Source: an uncultured cyanobacterium
GTDB lineage: Bacteria > Cyanobacteriota > Cyanobacteriia > Cyanobacteriales > CAWCAG01
Length of the DNA: 64,000 nucleotides
Direction: 5' to 3'
NCBI GenBank assembly: GCA_963803805.1
Contig: CAWDOD010000002.1
Location: 832,001-896,000, forward strand
The notes under the pieces are model-generated. The model searched no databases. It was given only the letters and a program-made list of their open reading frames with translations, and was not told the origin of the DNA. A program made the translations under genes and the position numbers. Positions 21,465-29,989 of the stretch are shown one piece after another (the stretch's first letter is position 1; each line of letters begins with the position of its first letter).

Positions 21465-22421
21465 ATGAAAGAAAACCAAAACCTAATATCCAATTCTCTG
21501 ATTGTTGGTTGCTGGCAATTAGATAACCGTAGTTGGCAAGCAATGACTGAGGAAGAAATTGGACGCACCATTGACACTTATTTAGCGATGGGCATTAGTA
21601 GCTTCGATACCGCAGATATTTATGGTAGAAGCGAACAAATATTAGGTAAAGTTTTACAAGGAAGAGATTGTACAATCTTGACTAAAGCAGTTTTCTTTGG
21701 GGATATTCCTAACACTAACCAAATTAAGAGCAAAGTTGAAAGTTCTTTGCGCAAACTAAAAAAAGATAGTCTCGATTCCTTGCAAATTCATTGGCACAAT
21801 CCACAATTAGATTTTGCTTCAACCTTAGCAACTTTCAATGAACTTTTGGAAATTGGAAAAATTCGCCAATTAGGAGTAACGAACTTTGATACTCCGATGT
21901 TAGAAAAAGCTTTACAATACGCTCCTATTAAAACCAATCAAGTCCAATACAGCTTAATAGACAGGCGGGCCGAAAATTCCTTACAATCTCTTTGTTTAGA
22001 CAAGGACATAAGTATTCTAGCTTATGGTCCCTTAGCTGGAGGTTTCCTATCTCAGAAATTCTTGGGGCTTAAATTACCACCGATAGAAGGAGAACACGCT
22101 CGCAGTTTTTATTATAGTAGTATGGTTCGCGCGCATGGTGGTTGGTCGCCTGTACAGGAGATGTTACTAACTATGGCTCAAATCGCTAATAAATACCAAG
22201 TTAGTATTTCTCAATTAGCCCTTAATTGGGTTAAAAACCAGCCCGGTGTAGGAGCAGTTATTTCTGGTTTCACTCAAAATCGCCAACAAATTAAGAGCAA
22301 TATAGAAGCGATGGAAATCAAGATAACACCAGAAGATTTGCAATTATTATCTGAACATTCTCATGCTTTATTTAAGCAAGAAGGAGATATTTATTCTTAT
22401 GAAAACGGTCAATTTGCTTAA
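21465..22421 (+). CDS. Aldo/keto reductase
   Basis: GCWQL, FDTADIYG, LQIHW, GKIRQLGVTNF and AYGPLAGG motifs. Confidence 0.92.
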   Translation: MKENQNLISNSLIVGCWQLDNRSWQAMTEEEIGRTIDTYLAMGISSFDTADIYGRSEQILGKVLQGRDCTILTKAVFFGDIPNTNQIKSKVESSLRKLKKDSLDSLQIHWHNPQLDFASTLATFNELLEIGKIRQLGVTNFDTPMLEKALQYAPIKTNQVQYSLIDRRAENSLQSLCLDKDISILAYGPLAGGFLSQKFLGLKLPPIEGEHARSFYYSSMVRAHGGWSPVQEMLLTMAQIANKYQVSISQLALNWVKNQPGVGAVISGFTQNRQQIKSNIEAMEIKITPEDLQLLSEHSHALFKQEGDIYSYENGQFA

Positions 22422-22545
22422 CAGTAGACTCTACAGCCCCTCAAGCAATAGCAAAAATATCTCCTGAAGAGTAATAATCATTAAATGTAGAGGCATCAAA
22501 AAAACACCTCTACACTCAACTTTCAAACAATAAAACTATCCCAAT

Positions 22546-23604
22546 CTAAGTTAAAGCCATCGCTGGTTCTTCCCAACGTTCCACAGCCTTACCAATTACC
22601 GCTAACTCCTTCACCAAACGGTCAAAACGTTCTGGAGTTAGAGATTGGGGTCCATCAGACATCGCCTTAGCAGGGTTCGGGTGAACCTCAATCATTAATG
22701 AATCTGTTCCCGCTGCGATCGCCGCTTTAGCCATCGGAGGAACATATTCCCACTTCCCTGTACCATGACTGGGATCAATCATAATGGGTAAATGGGTCAG
22801 CGATCGCAACACAGGAATCGCCGCTAAATCTAAAGTATTACGGGCATACTTGCGGTCAAATGTACGAATACCCCGTTCACAAAGAATCACATTAGGATTA
22901 CCTGCGGCTAGAATATATTCTGCGGCCATCAGTAGATCATCAATAGTTGCCGCCATCCCCCTTTTCAGGAGAACTGGTTTTTCTTGTCCCCCTACCTTCT
23001 TTAATAAGGAGAAGTTTTGCATATTTCGCGCCCCAATTTGTACCACATCGGCAACAGCGGAGATTTTTTCCACATCGGCAGTATCCATTACTTCTGTGAT
23101 AATGCCTAAGCCCGTAGCTTCCCTAGCGGCTGCCAAGAAATGTAAAGCACTCTCACCATGTCCTTGGAAAGCATAGGGGGAAGTACGAGGCTTATAAGCA
23201 CCACCCCGCAAAAATTTTGCCCCCGCTGCCTTAACTCGCTTAGCGGTTTCTACAATCATCCCCTCATTCTCTACAGAACAAGGGCCAGCCACCAAAACAA
23301 TGGGATGATTTTCGCTAAAACTAACCTTGCCATTGGGAGTAGAAACCACTACTTCACTAGGTTGTCCGTGGCGAAACTCGCGGCTAGCGCGCTTATAGGG
23401 ACGTTCCACTCGCAAAACCCTTTCTATCCAAGGACTAACTTCCTGTAGTTGTAAAGGGTCTAAAGAAGCTGTATCTCCCACTAAACCAATCACAACCTTA
23501 TGTTGACCAACAATTTTTTCTGGGGTTAAGCCCCAACCTGTGAATTCGGTGCTAACACGAGTAATTTCCTCTTCTGGGGAACCCACTTTCATGACAACGA
23601 TCAT
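22546..23604 (-). CDS. aroF: DAHP synthase class I-beta with ferredoxin-like regulatory domain
   Basis: AGPCSVE, RGGAYKPRTSPYAFQG, QIGARNMQN and DPSHGTG motifs. Confidence 0.97.
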   Translation of the reverse strand: MIVVMKVGSPEEEITRVSTEFTGWGLTPEKIVGQHKVVIGLVGDTASLDPLQLQEVSPWIERVLRVERPYKRASREFRHGQPSEVVVSTPNGKVSFSENHPIVLVAGPCSVENEGMIVETAKRVKAAGAKFLRGGAYKPRTSPYAFQGHGESALHFLAAAREATGLGIITEVMDTADVEKISAVADVVQIGARNMQNFSLLKKVGGQEKPVLLKRGMAATIDDLLMAAEYILAAGNPNVILCERGIRTFDRKYARNTLDLAAIPVLRSLTHLPIMIDPSHGTGKWEYVPPMAKAAIAAGTDSLMIEVHPNPAKAMSDGPQSLTPERFDRLVKELAVIGKAVERWEEPAMALT

Positions 23605-23809
23605 CTATACAATCTCCGTACACCCAGCAGTTTTAACCCTGGGAACAATAAATTAAGAATCGACAATTGAGAAAAATATTTTTACTGACCTGCTATGAGG
23701 TTCGGTTAACTATTTAGATATTTAATCAAACCGAGAATAAAGTTGCGATAAAAAACACAAAACTTTGATTGTTTTGTTGATTTTGTAAGTACCTTAAAAT
23801 CTCTTTAAC

Positions 23810-24286
23810 CTAATTCTGGTCAAATTCTTTCCTTTGTTTGGCTTCCTTTCTGCCTTCCCGCCAAGCACTCCTTGTTTGTCTAAAGTTAGGCCCAACCTCT
23901 TCTAAACCTAGCCAACTGCCTAATCTATTTTCATCCCAGGAACTGGAAAACAAACCATAGCTTAAGCCCAAAACACCTAAGCCAAAAAAGCCTATACTGA
24001 CAAGCAAGACAGCAGAGGTAGGCAGTTTAAACAAGTCGTGGGAGACAATCCAGTAGCTAATAAAAAAGCTCAGAATTCCCAAACTAGTGGGAATACCAGA
24101 AAATAGGGCCATACGACGCACCATACGCTGACTTACAGCATCAGGTATGGCAGCTAGACTTGCCTCTGTTTTAGCCGAGGATTTCTCAGCAACTTTAGCA
24201 GGAGAGGGAGGGGCTTTTTTCGGGGTTTTCTTCTTTTTGTTTTTGGGTTCAAAAGGTAGAGGTTCCCTTTGAGATTCAGAAGACAT
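23810..24286 (-). CDS. pam68: PSII assembly factor PAM68
   Basis: IPDAVSQRMVRRMALFSGIP and GLSYGLFSSSWD...GSWLG. Located immediately downstream of rpsO, as in other cyanobacteria. Confidence 0.9.
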   Translation of the reverse strand: MSSESQREPLPFEPKNKKKKTPKKAPPSPAKVAEKSSAKTEASLAAIPDAVSQRMVRRMALFSGIPTSLGILSFFISYWIVSHDLFKLPTSAVLLVSIGFFGLGVLGLSYGLFSSSWDENRLGSWLGLEEVGPNFRQTRSAWREGRKEAKQRKEFDQN

Positions 24287-24306
24287 AAGCAGGCTGTATA
24301 GTTGGT

Positions 24307-24576
24307 TTAACGGCGAATGCCAAGACGTTTGATTAACTGGAGATAGCGATCACGGTCTTCGGTTTGAATGAAGGATAATAGCCGACGACGACGGCCAATC
24401 ATTTTTAGTAGTCCCCGGCGAGAAGCAAAATCTTTTTTGTTCTTTTTCAGATGTTCAGTTAGTTGGTTAATGCGTTCAGTCAGCATCGCCACTTGCAGAT
24501 CAGCAGAACCTGTATCGGTTTCGTGCTTCTGATATTCAGACATTAATTCTTGTTTGCGCTGTTGAGTCAGAGTCAT
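24307..24576 (-). CDS. rpsO: 30S ribosomal protein S15
   Basis: DTGSADLQVAMLT...SRRGLLKMIGRRRRLL; 89 aa. Confidence 0.99.
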   Translation of the reverse strand: MTLTQQRKQELMSEYQKHETDTGSADLQVAMLTERINQLTEHLKKNKKDFASRRGLLKMIGRRRRLLSFIQTEDRDRYLQLIKRLGIRR

Positions 24577-24892
24577 AGTTGTTAGGTTATTTTAATAAAA
24601 CGCAGCAGTTTACCATATTATCACTCCTTATTCCGGGTTAGCACCACCGCTATGAAATCAATTTTCGATTCTGTATTGATTATGTTTAGATGGGAATTGA
24701 TGCCCTGGCTGGCTTATTGGTGGCTAAATTAATATGGCTCTATGGCGTTTGTATTATCATCTAACATAAATCCCTATGAAATTAATTCCCTGGCTGAATA
24801 TAATTATTGTTCCGATTAAATATTTAGGCAAAAGCGGGAACAGTACTTAGGGTAGATGAACGTCTATATTTTCATCTACTAAGGTACTATTC

Positions 24893-26320
24893 TTGATAAT
24901 GATTCAACATTTCTCTTCTAAAAGTTCTCCTTTCCTCAAATTGACAATCTTCTGTTTTTCTTTGCTATTGCTCTTAGGAATGGGCAGTTGTCAAGGAAAA
25001 ATAGGGGAAACGGAGTCTAAGAGTCTTATTGAAGTATTGAAATACGAAGCAAGGCAAAATCGCAAATATGCTAGCCAAGCCCAAACCTATAAAGGATTAG
25101 AAGCAATTCCTAATTTCATTGCGGATTTGAAGGCAGAAAATAAAGAAGTTCGTTCTGCTGCTGCTGTTGCTTTAGGAATCATGGGTGCAAAAGAGCCTTC
25201 AGAAGCAGCAACTTTAGTTCCTCACTTAAAATCAGCTTTACAAGACCCTGAAGCTGTGGTGCGTTACTCCGCAGCCCTTGCTTTAGGAAGAATTGGGGCA
25301 ACTTCTTCTGATCCTGCTGCTATTGTCAAAGTATTAATTACCGCTACTGAAGATAAAAACTCTCAAGTACGAGACTCTGCAACTATTTCCCTAGCAAGAA
25401 TTGGTACAAAAGACCCTTTAGTTATACCAGCTTTGATTGCAGCTATGGAAGATTCAGATGTTGGTGTACGCAGTACTGCAGCAGAAGCTTTAGCAAGAAT
25501 TGGCAAAAAAGATTCTTCGGTTATACCTGGTTTTATTGCTACTTTGCAAGCTAAGCGAGGCTATGTACGCTCTATCGCAGCTTATGGTTTAGGATATATG
25601 GGGGCAGAGGCTTCTAGTGCTATTCCCGAAATTATTGTCGCTTTAGAAGATGATCATCCTAGAGTACGCAGGGCTGCAACTACAGCTTTGGGTAGAATTG
25701 CTAAAGAACCAGTATTAACGGTTCCAGCTTTAATTGTGGCTTTAACCGATGAAGATCAGCAAGTACGTAGCATTGCTAGTTCTTCCCTACAAAAAATCAG
25801 CAAACAAGACTCATCGGTAATTCTTGTTTTGTTAGCAGAACTTAAAAATGAGGATGCTGCTGTACGGCAGGGAGTTGCTACAGCTTTAAAAAGAGTTAAA
25901 GCTGAACCTTCGTTGGTAATTCCTGCTTTGTTAGAAGCTTTAGGAGATAAAGATGAGGGGGTACGTCGCTCTGCGGCCCTTACTTTAGGTAAAATAGAAT
26001 CAAGAAATTCGGCTGTTGTACCTGGATTGGTGACCGCTTTTCGGAAGGAAGATCACCAAGTGCAAGAAAGTGCTAGTCTGGCTTTGCAAGAAATTGGTAG
26101 TTCTGCGACTACTGCAGTTATGCCGATCATTTTCCATTCTAATGGAGAAGTTCGTTCCCGTGCGATCGCCTTAACTTGGCAATTGATTCGCTTACAAGTT
26201 CTCTATTGCACAGCTTTAACTATAATAGTTAGTCTGATAGTTTTCTTAGTTCGCAATCCTCAAATTATTATTAATTTCTTATTTTTGCCCCCAGAAGAAA
26301 CAGTTATCAGTGATCAATGA
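24893..26320 (+). CDS. HEAT (PBS-lyase-like) repeat protein with putative lipoprotein signal and C-terminal TM helix
   Basis: About 10 repeats of the form VPALIxAL.D.D..VR..AA.AL..IG. N-terminal LLLLGMGSC and C-terminal hydrophobic VLYCTALTIIVSLIVFLV. Confidence 0.85.
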   Translation: MIMIQHFSSKSSPFLKLTIFCFSLLLLLGMGSCQGKIGETESKSLIEVLKYEARQNRKYASQAQTYKGLEAIPNFIADLKAENKEVRSAAAVALGIMGAKEPSEAATLVPHLKSALQDPEAVVRYSAALALGRIGATSSDPAAIVKVLITATEDKNSQVRDSATISLARIGTKDPLVIPALIAAMEDSDVGVRSTAAEALARIGKKDSSVIPGFIATLQAKRGYVRSIAAYGLGYMGAEASSAIPEIIVALEDDHPRVRRAATTALGRIAKEPVLTVPALIVALTDEDQQVRSIASSSLQKISKQDSSVILVLLAELKNEDAAVRQGVATALKRVKAEPSLVIPALLEALGDKDEGVRRSAALTLGKIESRNSAVVPGLVTAFRKEDHQVQESASLALQEIGSSATTAVMPIIFHSNGEVRSRAIALTWQLIRLQVLYCTALTIIVSLIVFLVRNPQIIINFLFLPPEETVISDQ

Positions 26321-26333
26321 TCAATTATTAATT

Positions 26334-27983
26334 ATGAAAGAAGATTCTAAGCGGATTTGGCTTTACGATACAACCTTGAGAGATGGTTCTCAAGGGGAGG
26401 GAATATCTTTATCTTTAGAAGATAAATTGAAAATTGCTCGCAAATTGGATGAAATGGGCATTCCCTTTATTGAGGGAGGTTGGCCGGGGGCTAATCCTAA
26501 AGATGTACAATTTTTCTGGCAGCTAAAAGAACAACCTCTTCAACAAGCTGAAGTAGTAGCTTTTTGTTCCACTCGTCGTCCCCAAGTTAAAGCCTCCGAA
26601 GATAAGATGTTACAAGGGATTTTGGCGGCGGGAACCCTTTGGGTAACTATTTTTGGTAAATCTTGGGATCTTCATGTTACAGAGGGTTTGAAGACTAGCT
26701 TAGAAGAAAATTTAGCTATGATTGGCGACACCATTGAGTTTTTGCGAAGCCAAGGACGTAGAGTCATCTATGACGGAGAACATTGGTTTGATGGCTATAA
26801 AAATAATCCTGAATATGCCCTGAAAACTCTACAAACAGCAGTTAAAGCTGGGGCAGAATGGTTAGTTTTTTGTGATACCAATGGGGGGACTCTTCCCCAA
26901 GAAATTAGTGCCATTGTCCGGGAAGTTAGGGCTAAACTAAACTCGACAAATTCTACTCAAACTCCAGCTAAACTTGGCATCCACACCCATAATGACTCTG
27001 GGACAGCCGTTGCTAATGCCCTAGCTGCGGTAGGAGAAGGGGCAACTATGGTACAAGGTACAATTAACGGTTACGGCGAACGTTGTGGCAATGCCAACCT
27101 TTGTACCCTCATCCCCAACTTACAACTGAAACTGGGCTATCAATGTCTTGAGAGTGAACAATTAACTCAATTAACTCCCACTAGCCGCATCATTAGTGAA
27201 ATTGTCAACCTCGCCCCTGATGATAGCGCACCTTTTGTCGGACGTTCTGCTTTTGCCCACAAAGGAGGCATTCACGTCTCTGCGGTGCAACGCAACCCCT
27301 TAACCTACGAACATACTCAACCAGAAGCCATTGGCAATGAACGCAGAATTGTTATTTCTGACCAATCAGGGCTGAGCAATGTGCTGGAAAAAGCCCGTAA
27401 TTTTGGCTTAGAGTTGAACAAAAAAGATCCTGCCTGTAGACAAATTTTAGAACGTCTTAAGGATTTAGAACACCAAGGCTACCAATTTGAAGCAGCCGAA
27501 GCTAGTTTTGAATTATTGATGCGTTCTGCTTTAGCACAACGTCAAGAGATGTTCCAGCTTCAGGGTTTCCAGGTACATTGCGATATGCAAGAGGCGGTTA
27601 ATAAAGGGGATAGCAACGCTTTAGCAACTGTTAAGGTAGCTGTTGACGGTAAAAATATCTTAGAAGTTGCAGAAGGCAATGGCCCTGTTTCCGCTTTAGA
27701 TGCAGCCTTAAGAAAAGCTTTAGTTAAGTTCTATCCCGAAATTGCCGCTTTCCATCTTACTGATTATAAGGTGAGAATTCTTGATGGTGAAGCTGGTACT
27801 TCAGCAAAAACCCGCGTCTTAGTTGAATCGAGTAATGGAAAACAACGTTGGACAACGGTTGGTGTATCTAGCAATATTTTAGATGCTTCTTACCAAGCTG
27901 TTGTAGAAGGTATTGAGTATGGTTTGTTGCTTAATTGTGCAACAACACGAGAACTACTTAAAAGACGATTCTCCTCTTTTTGA
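26334..27983 (+). CDS. cimA: Citramalate synthase (LeuA-like)
   Basis: YDTTLRDGSQGEG, EGGWPGANPKD, FGKSWDLHV, HTHND, GYGERCGNAN and GNGPVSALD motifs. Confidence 0.93.
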   Translation: MKEDSKRIWLYDTTLRDGSQGEGISLSLEDKLKIARKLDEMGIPFIEGGWPGANPKDVQFFWQLKEQPLQQAEVVAFCSTRRPQVKASEDKMLQGILAAGTLWVTIFGKSWDLHVTEGLKTSLEENLAMIGDTIEFLRSQGRRVIYDGEHWFDGYKNNPEYALKTLQTAVKAGAEWLVFCDTNGGTLPQEISAIVREVRAKLNSTNSTQTPAKLGIHTHNDSGTAVANALAAVGEGATMVQGTINGYGERCGNANLCTLIPNLQLKLGYQCLESEQLTQLTPTSRIISEIVNLAPDDSAPFVGRSAFAHKGGIHVSAVQRNPLTYEHTQPEAIGNERRIVISDQSGLSNVLEKARNFGLELNKKDPACRQILERLKDLEHQGYQFEAAEASFELLMRSALAQRQEMFQLQGFQVHCDMQEAVNKGDSNALATVKVAVDGKNILEVAEGNGPVSALDAALRKALVKFYPEIAAFHLTDYKVRILDGEAGTSAKTRVLVESSNGKQRWTTVGVSSNILDASYQAVVEGIEYGLLLNCATTRELLKRRFSSF

Positions 27984-28018
27984 AGCAGAATAGTTCTTTC
28001 TCCCCAAAACTCTGCACA

Positions 28019-29029
28019 ACGTGAGTTCGATGAAGTTAAAAAACAGCAGAAGGAAGTTCAGCTAGGCCTTTGGGGTCAAGGTCAAGGGAAGGCTTTTTGG
28101 GCAAGAAAGTATAAGCGATTAGACCAGCTAAGAGATTAACCAAAAAATTCCAAACGCTACGGTGTCTTGAATGCTGAATCTGACAGATATTCTTGAGCTG
28201 GTCATTAACAGTCTCAATCAGAGAACGCTTACGTAGGAGAATCTTATCCTGAAGACGCATTAACTTCGGCTTCATATTTTTCTTGCGGTGTGTAATCAGT
28301 TGTAGTCTTTGTTCATAGAGTTTCTCAAACAAATCCTGAGAAATATAACCTCGGTCGCCAAATAACTTACCAATCAAGCCATCAGCCATATCTGGCACAG
28401 GGTTACGGTCATCAGTATTACCCTCTGTAAGTTTGAAAGCAAGCAGCTCACCTTTGTCATTAATAATTAGATGTAGCTTGAAGCCATAATGCCATCCCAT
28501 AGCATTTTTGCCCCAACCTACCAAACCTTCAAAAACACGGTGGCTTTTGGAGCGATTCGGGTGGCAGACCTCAATGGGGGTAGAATCAATAAAGCTGATG
28601 CCGGTAATTTCTCCTCGAAGAGTATGTAGAAAACAGCAAAGAAGCATTAAGCTCCACGGCATTAGCTCTACGAATCGAGTGTAACTGACCAAGTTGGGAA
28701 AAGCTTTCTTCCAGTAAGGCAAGACTTGTAGAGTGTAAAATTCTTTAAAAGTGCGAAATCCCGAACCATGAAAGGCAATGACAATGGTCATCACTTCGCT
28801 TAGGCTTAGGCGGGAGCGACATAGACGCTCTCCACAAGTTGCTGTTAACATTGGCTGTTGTTGCCAATGCCTCTCAAACCTTTGATAAAAGTCATCTACC
28901 TGACAGAATATTTGGGTGATATCGAGACGAGATACAATATTGGACATAGCATCAGATTCTGATTAAGATTCATTTTCAGCATACCTCTGATGCTTTTCTT
29001 TTCTCTCTTTTCCTCCGTCGAACTCACGT
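28019..29029 (-). mobile_element. IS982-family insertion sequence, 1011 bp
   Basis: Terminal inverted repeats ACGTGAGTTCGA (28019-28030) and TCGAACTCACGT (29018-29029), flanked by direct repeat TGCACA (28013-28018 and 29030-29035). Encloses an intact transposase. Confidence 0.93.
28036..28947 (-). CDS. IS982 family DDE transposase
   Basis: IFCQVDDF, LSLSEVMTI, FIDSTPI, GWHYGFKLHL, GDRGYIS, KRSLIETVNDQLKN and HSRHRS motifs. Confidence 0.95.
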   Translation of the reverse strand: MSNIVSRLDITQIFCQVDDFYQRFERHWQQQPMLTATCGERLCRSRLSLSEVMTIVIAFHGSGFRTFKEFYTLQVLPYWKKAFPNLVSYTRFVELMPWSLMLLCCFLHTLRGEITGISFIDSTPIEVCHPNRSKSHRVFEGLVGWGKNAMGWHYGFKLHLIINDKGELLAFKLTEGNTDDRNPVPDMADGLIGKLFGDRGYISQDLFEKLYEQRLQLITHRKKNMKPKLMRLQDKILLRKRSLIETVNDQLKNICQIQHSRHRSVWNFLVNLLAGLIAYTFLPKKPSLDLDPKGLAELPSAVF

Positions 29030-29095
29030 TGCACAGTTTTTTGGTAGCTTGAATGGTGCTTAGCAAAGGGATATCACCGGAGTTTGTCTTGGTTT

Positions 29096-29494
29096 TTAAC
29101 TACTCCAACAACCCGAACTCAACAAAATTCCTTGGAATTCCCTGACTCTTTCTAAAGTCATAAAATAAGCCCAAGCTTTACCTAAAAGATTACCTGACAA
29201 ATTGTAGACTTCAACTTGCTGGCGATAATATTCATTTTCTTGCCAGGAAGCTTGAGGATTATAACCTTCTAAACAATCCAAACTTGATAAAATTTCTGGT
29301 TGAGCAAAAGTAAGCAAAAAACCCCTCACTTTACTCTTTCCTGTGGTCATAGCCGGATAGCCCAAGGAAAGATCATAAAGTTCTCCGAAGGTATAAGCTT
29401 CCTGTTGCTCAACAACTTTTTCTACACACAGACGTTGATAGTTTATTTCTCCAGGTTTAAGAGTGCCATAAACGAAGATTCTGATTAGGTTCAC
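29096..29494 (-). CDS. Gamma-glutamylcyclotransferase (GGCT/GGACT, AIG2-like)
   Basis: IFVYGTLKPG, GYPAM and LDCLEGY (catalytic Glu) motifs. GTG start. Confidence 0.9.
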   Translation of the reverse strand: MNLIRIFVYGTLKPGEINYQRLCVEKVVEQQEAYTFGELYDLSLGYPAMTTGKSKVRGFLLTFAQPEILSSLDCLEGYNPQASWQENEYYRQQVEVYNLSGNLLGKAWAYFMTLERVREFQGILLSSGCWSS

Positions 29495-29503
29495 CTTGTC
29501 AAC

Positions 29504-29836
29504 TTAGTAATATTCATCATCATCTAATTCATCGTCGTCGTCGTCATATTCATCATCATCACTCTCTTCATCTAACTCCCCTTCATATTCATCGTCATAT
29601 TCATCGTTGTCATATTCATCATCATCACTCTCTTCATCTAACTCCCCTTCATATTCATCGTCATATTCATCGTTGTCATATTCATCATCATCACTCTCTT
29701 CATACTCATCATCATATTCTTCCTCATCGTCATATAATTCTCCTTCATACTCTTCTGGGGAACCAACTAAATCTCCTAACTTGCTCTTCTTTTTGGTTAC
29801 ACCATTGGTTAAAACCAGTTGCTTGCTTCTGTTCAT
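29504..29836 (-). CDS. Small protein: basic 25-aa N-terminus followed by an Asp/Glu/Tyr-rich repetitive region
   Basis: ATG-started 110-aa ORF ending 9 nt before the GGCT start. The internal 66-bp repeat preserves the reading frame. Confidence 0.7.
   Translation of the reverse strand: MNRSKQLVLTNGVTKKKSKLGDLVGSPEEYEGELYDDEEEYDDEYEESDDDEYDNDEYDDEYEGELDEESDDDEYDNDEYDDEYEGELDEESDDDEYDDDDDELDDDEYY
29543..29703. repeat. 66-bp tandem repeat, ~2.4 copies (encodes EESDDDEYDNDEYDDEYEGELD)
   Basis: Identical units begin at 29543, 29609 and 29675. Confidence 0.95.
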
Positions 29837-29989
29837 GAAATTCTTTAAACAAAATGAATCTATATTTTGCAGATCAAATTTAACTTAAGATTGCTATTAC
29901 TCTCAAGAGCCACTCCTAGGTAATCTGTCAATTTTCAATTGACTGGTCAAGGGCAGTACAAATAAACAAAAATATGGAGAACAAAAGCC

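Noticed and set aside
24677-24772. Imperfect inverted repeat (GATTATGTTTAGATG / CATCTAACATAAATC) between rpsO and the HEAT gene
   Set aside because: It is a single AT-rich imperfect stem around a long weakly paired loop, which is not enough to call an RNA or a mobile element.
29607-29888. 93-aa Ser/Tyr-rich ORF on the + strand
   Set aside because: It is the antisense shadow of the D/E codons of the acidic peptide. The minus-strand ORF has an ATG and fits an operon.
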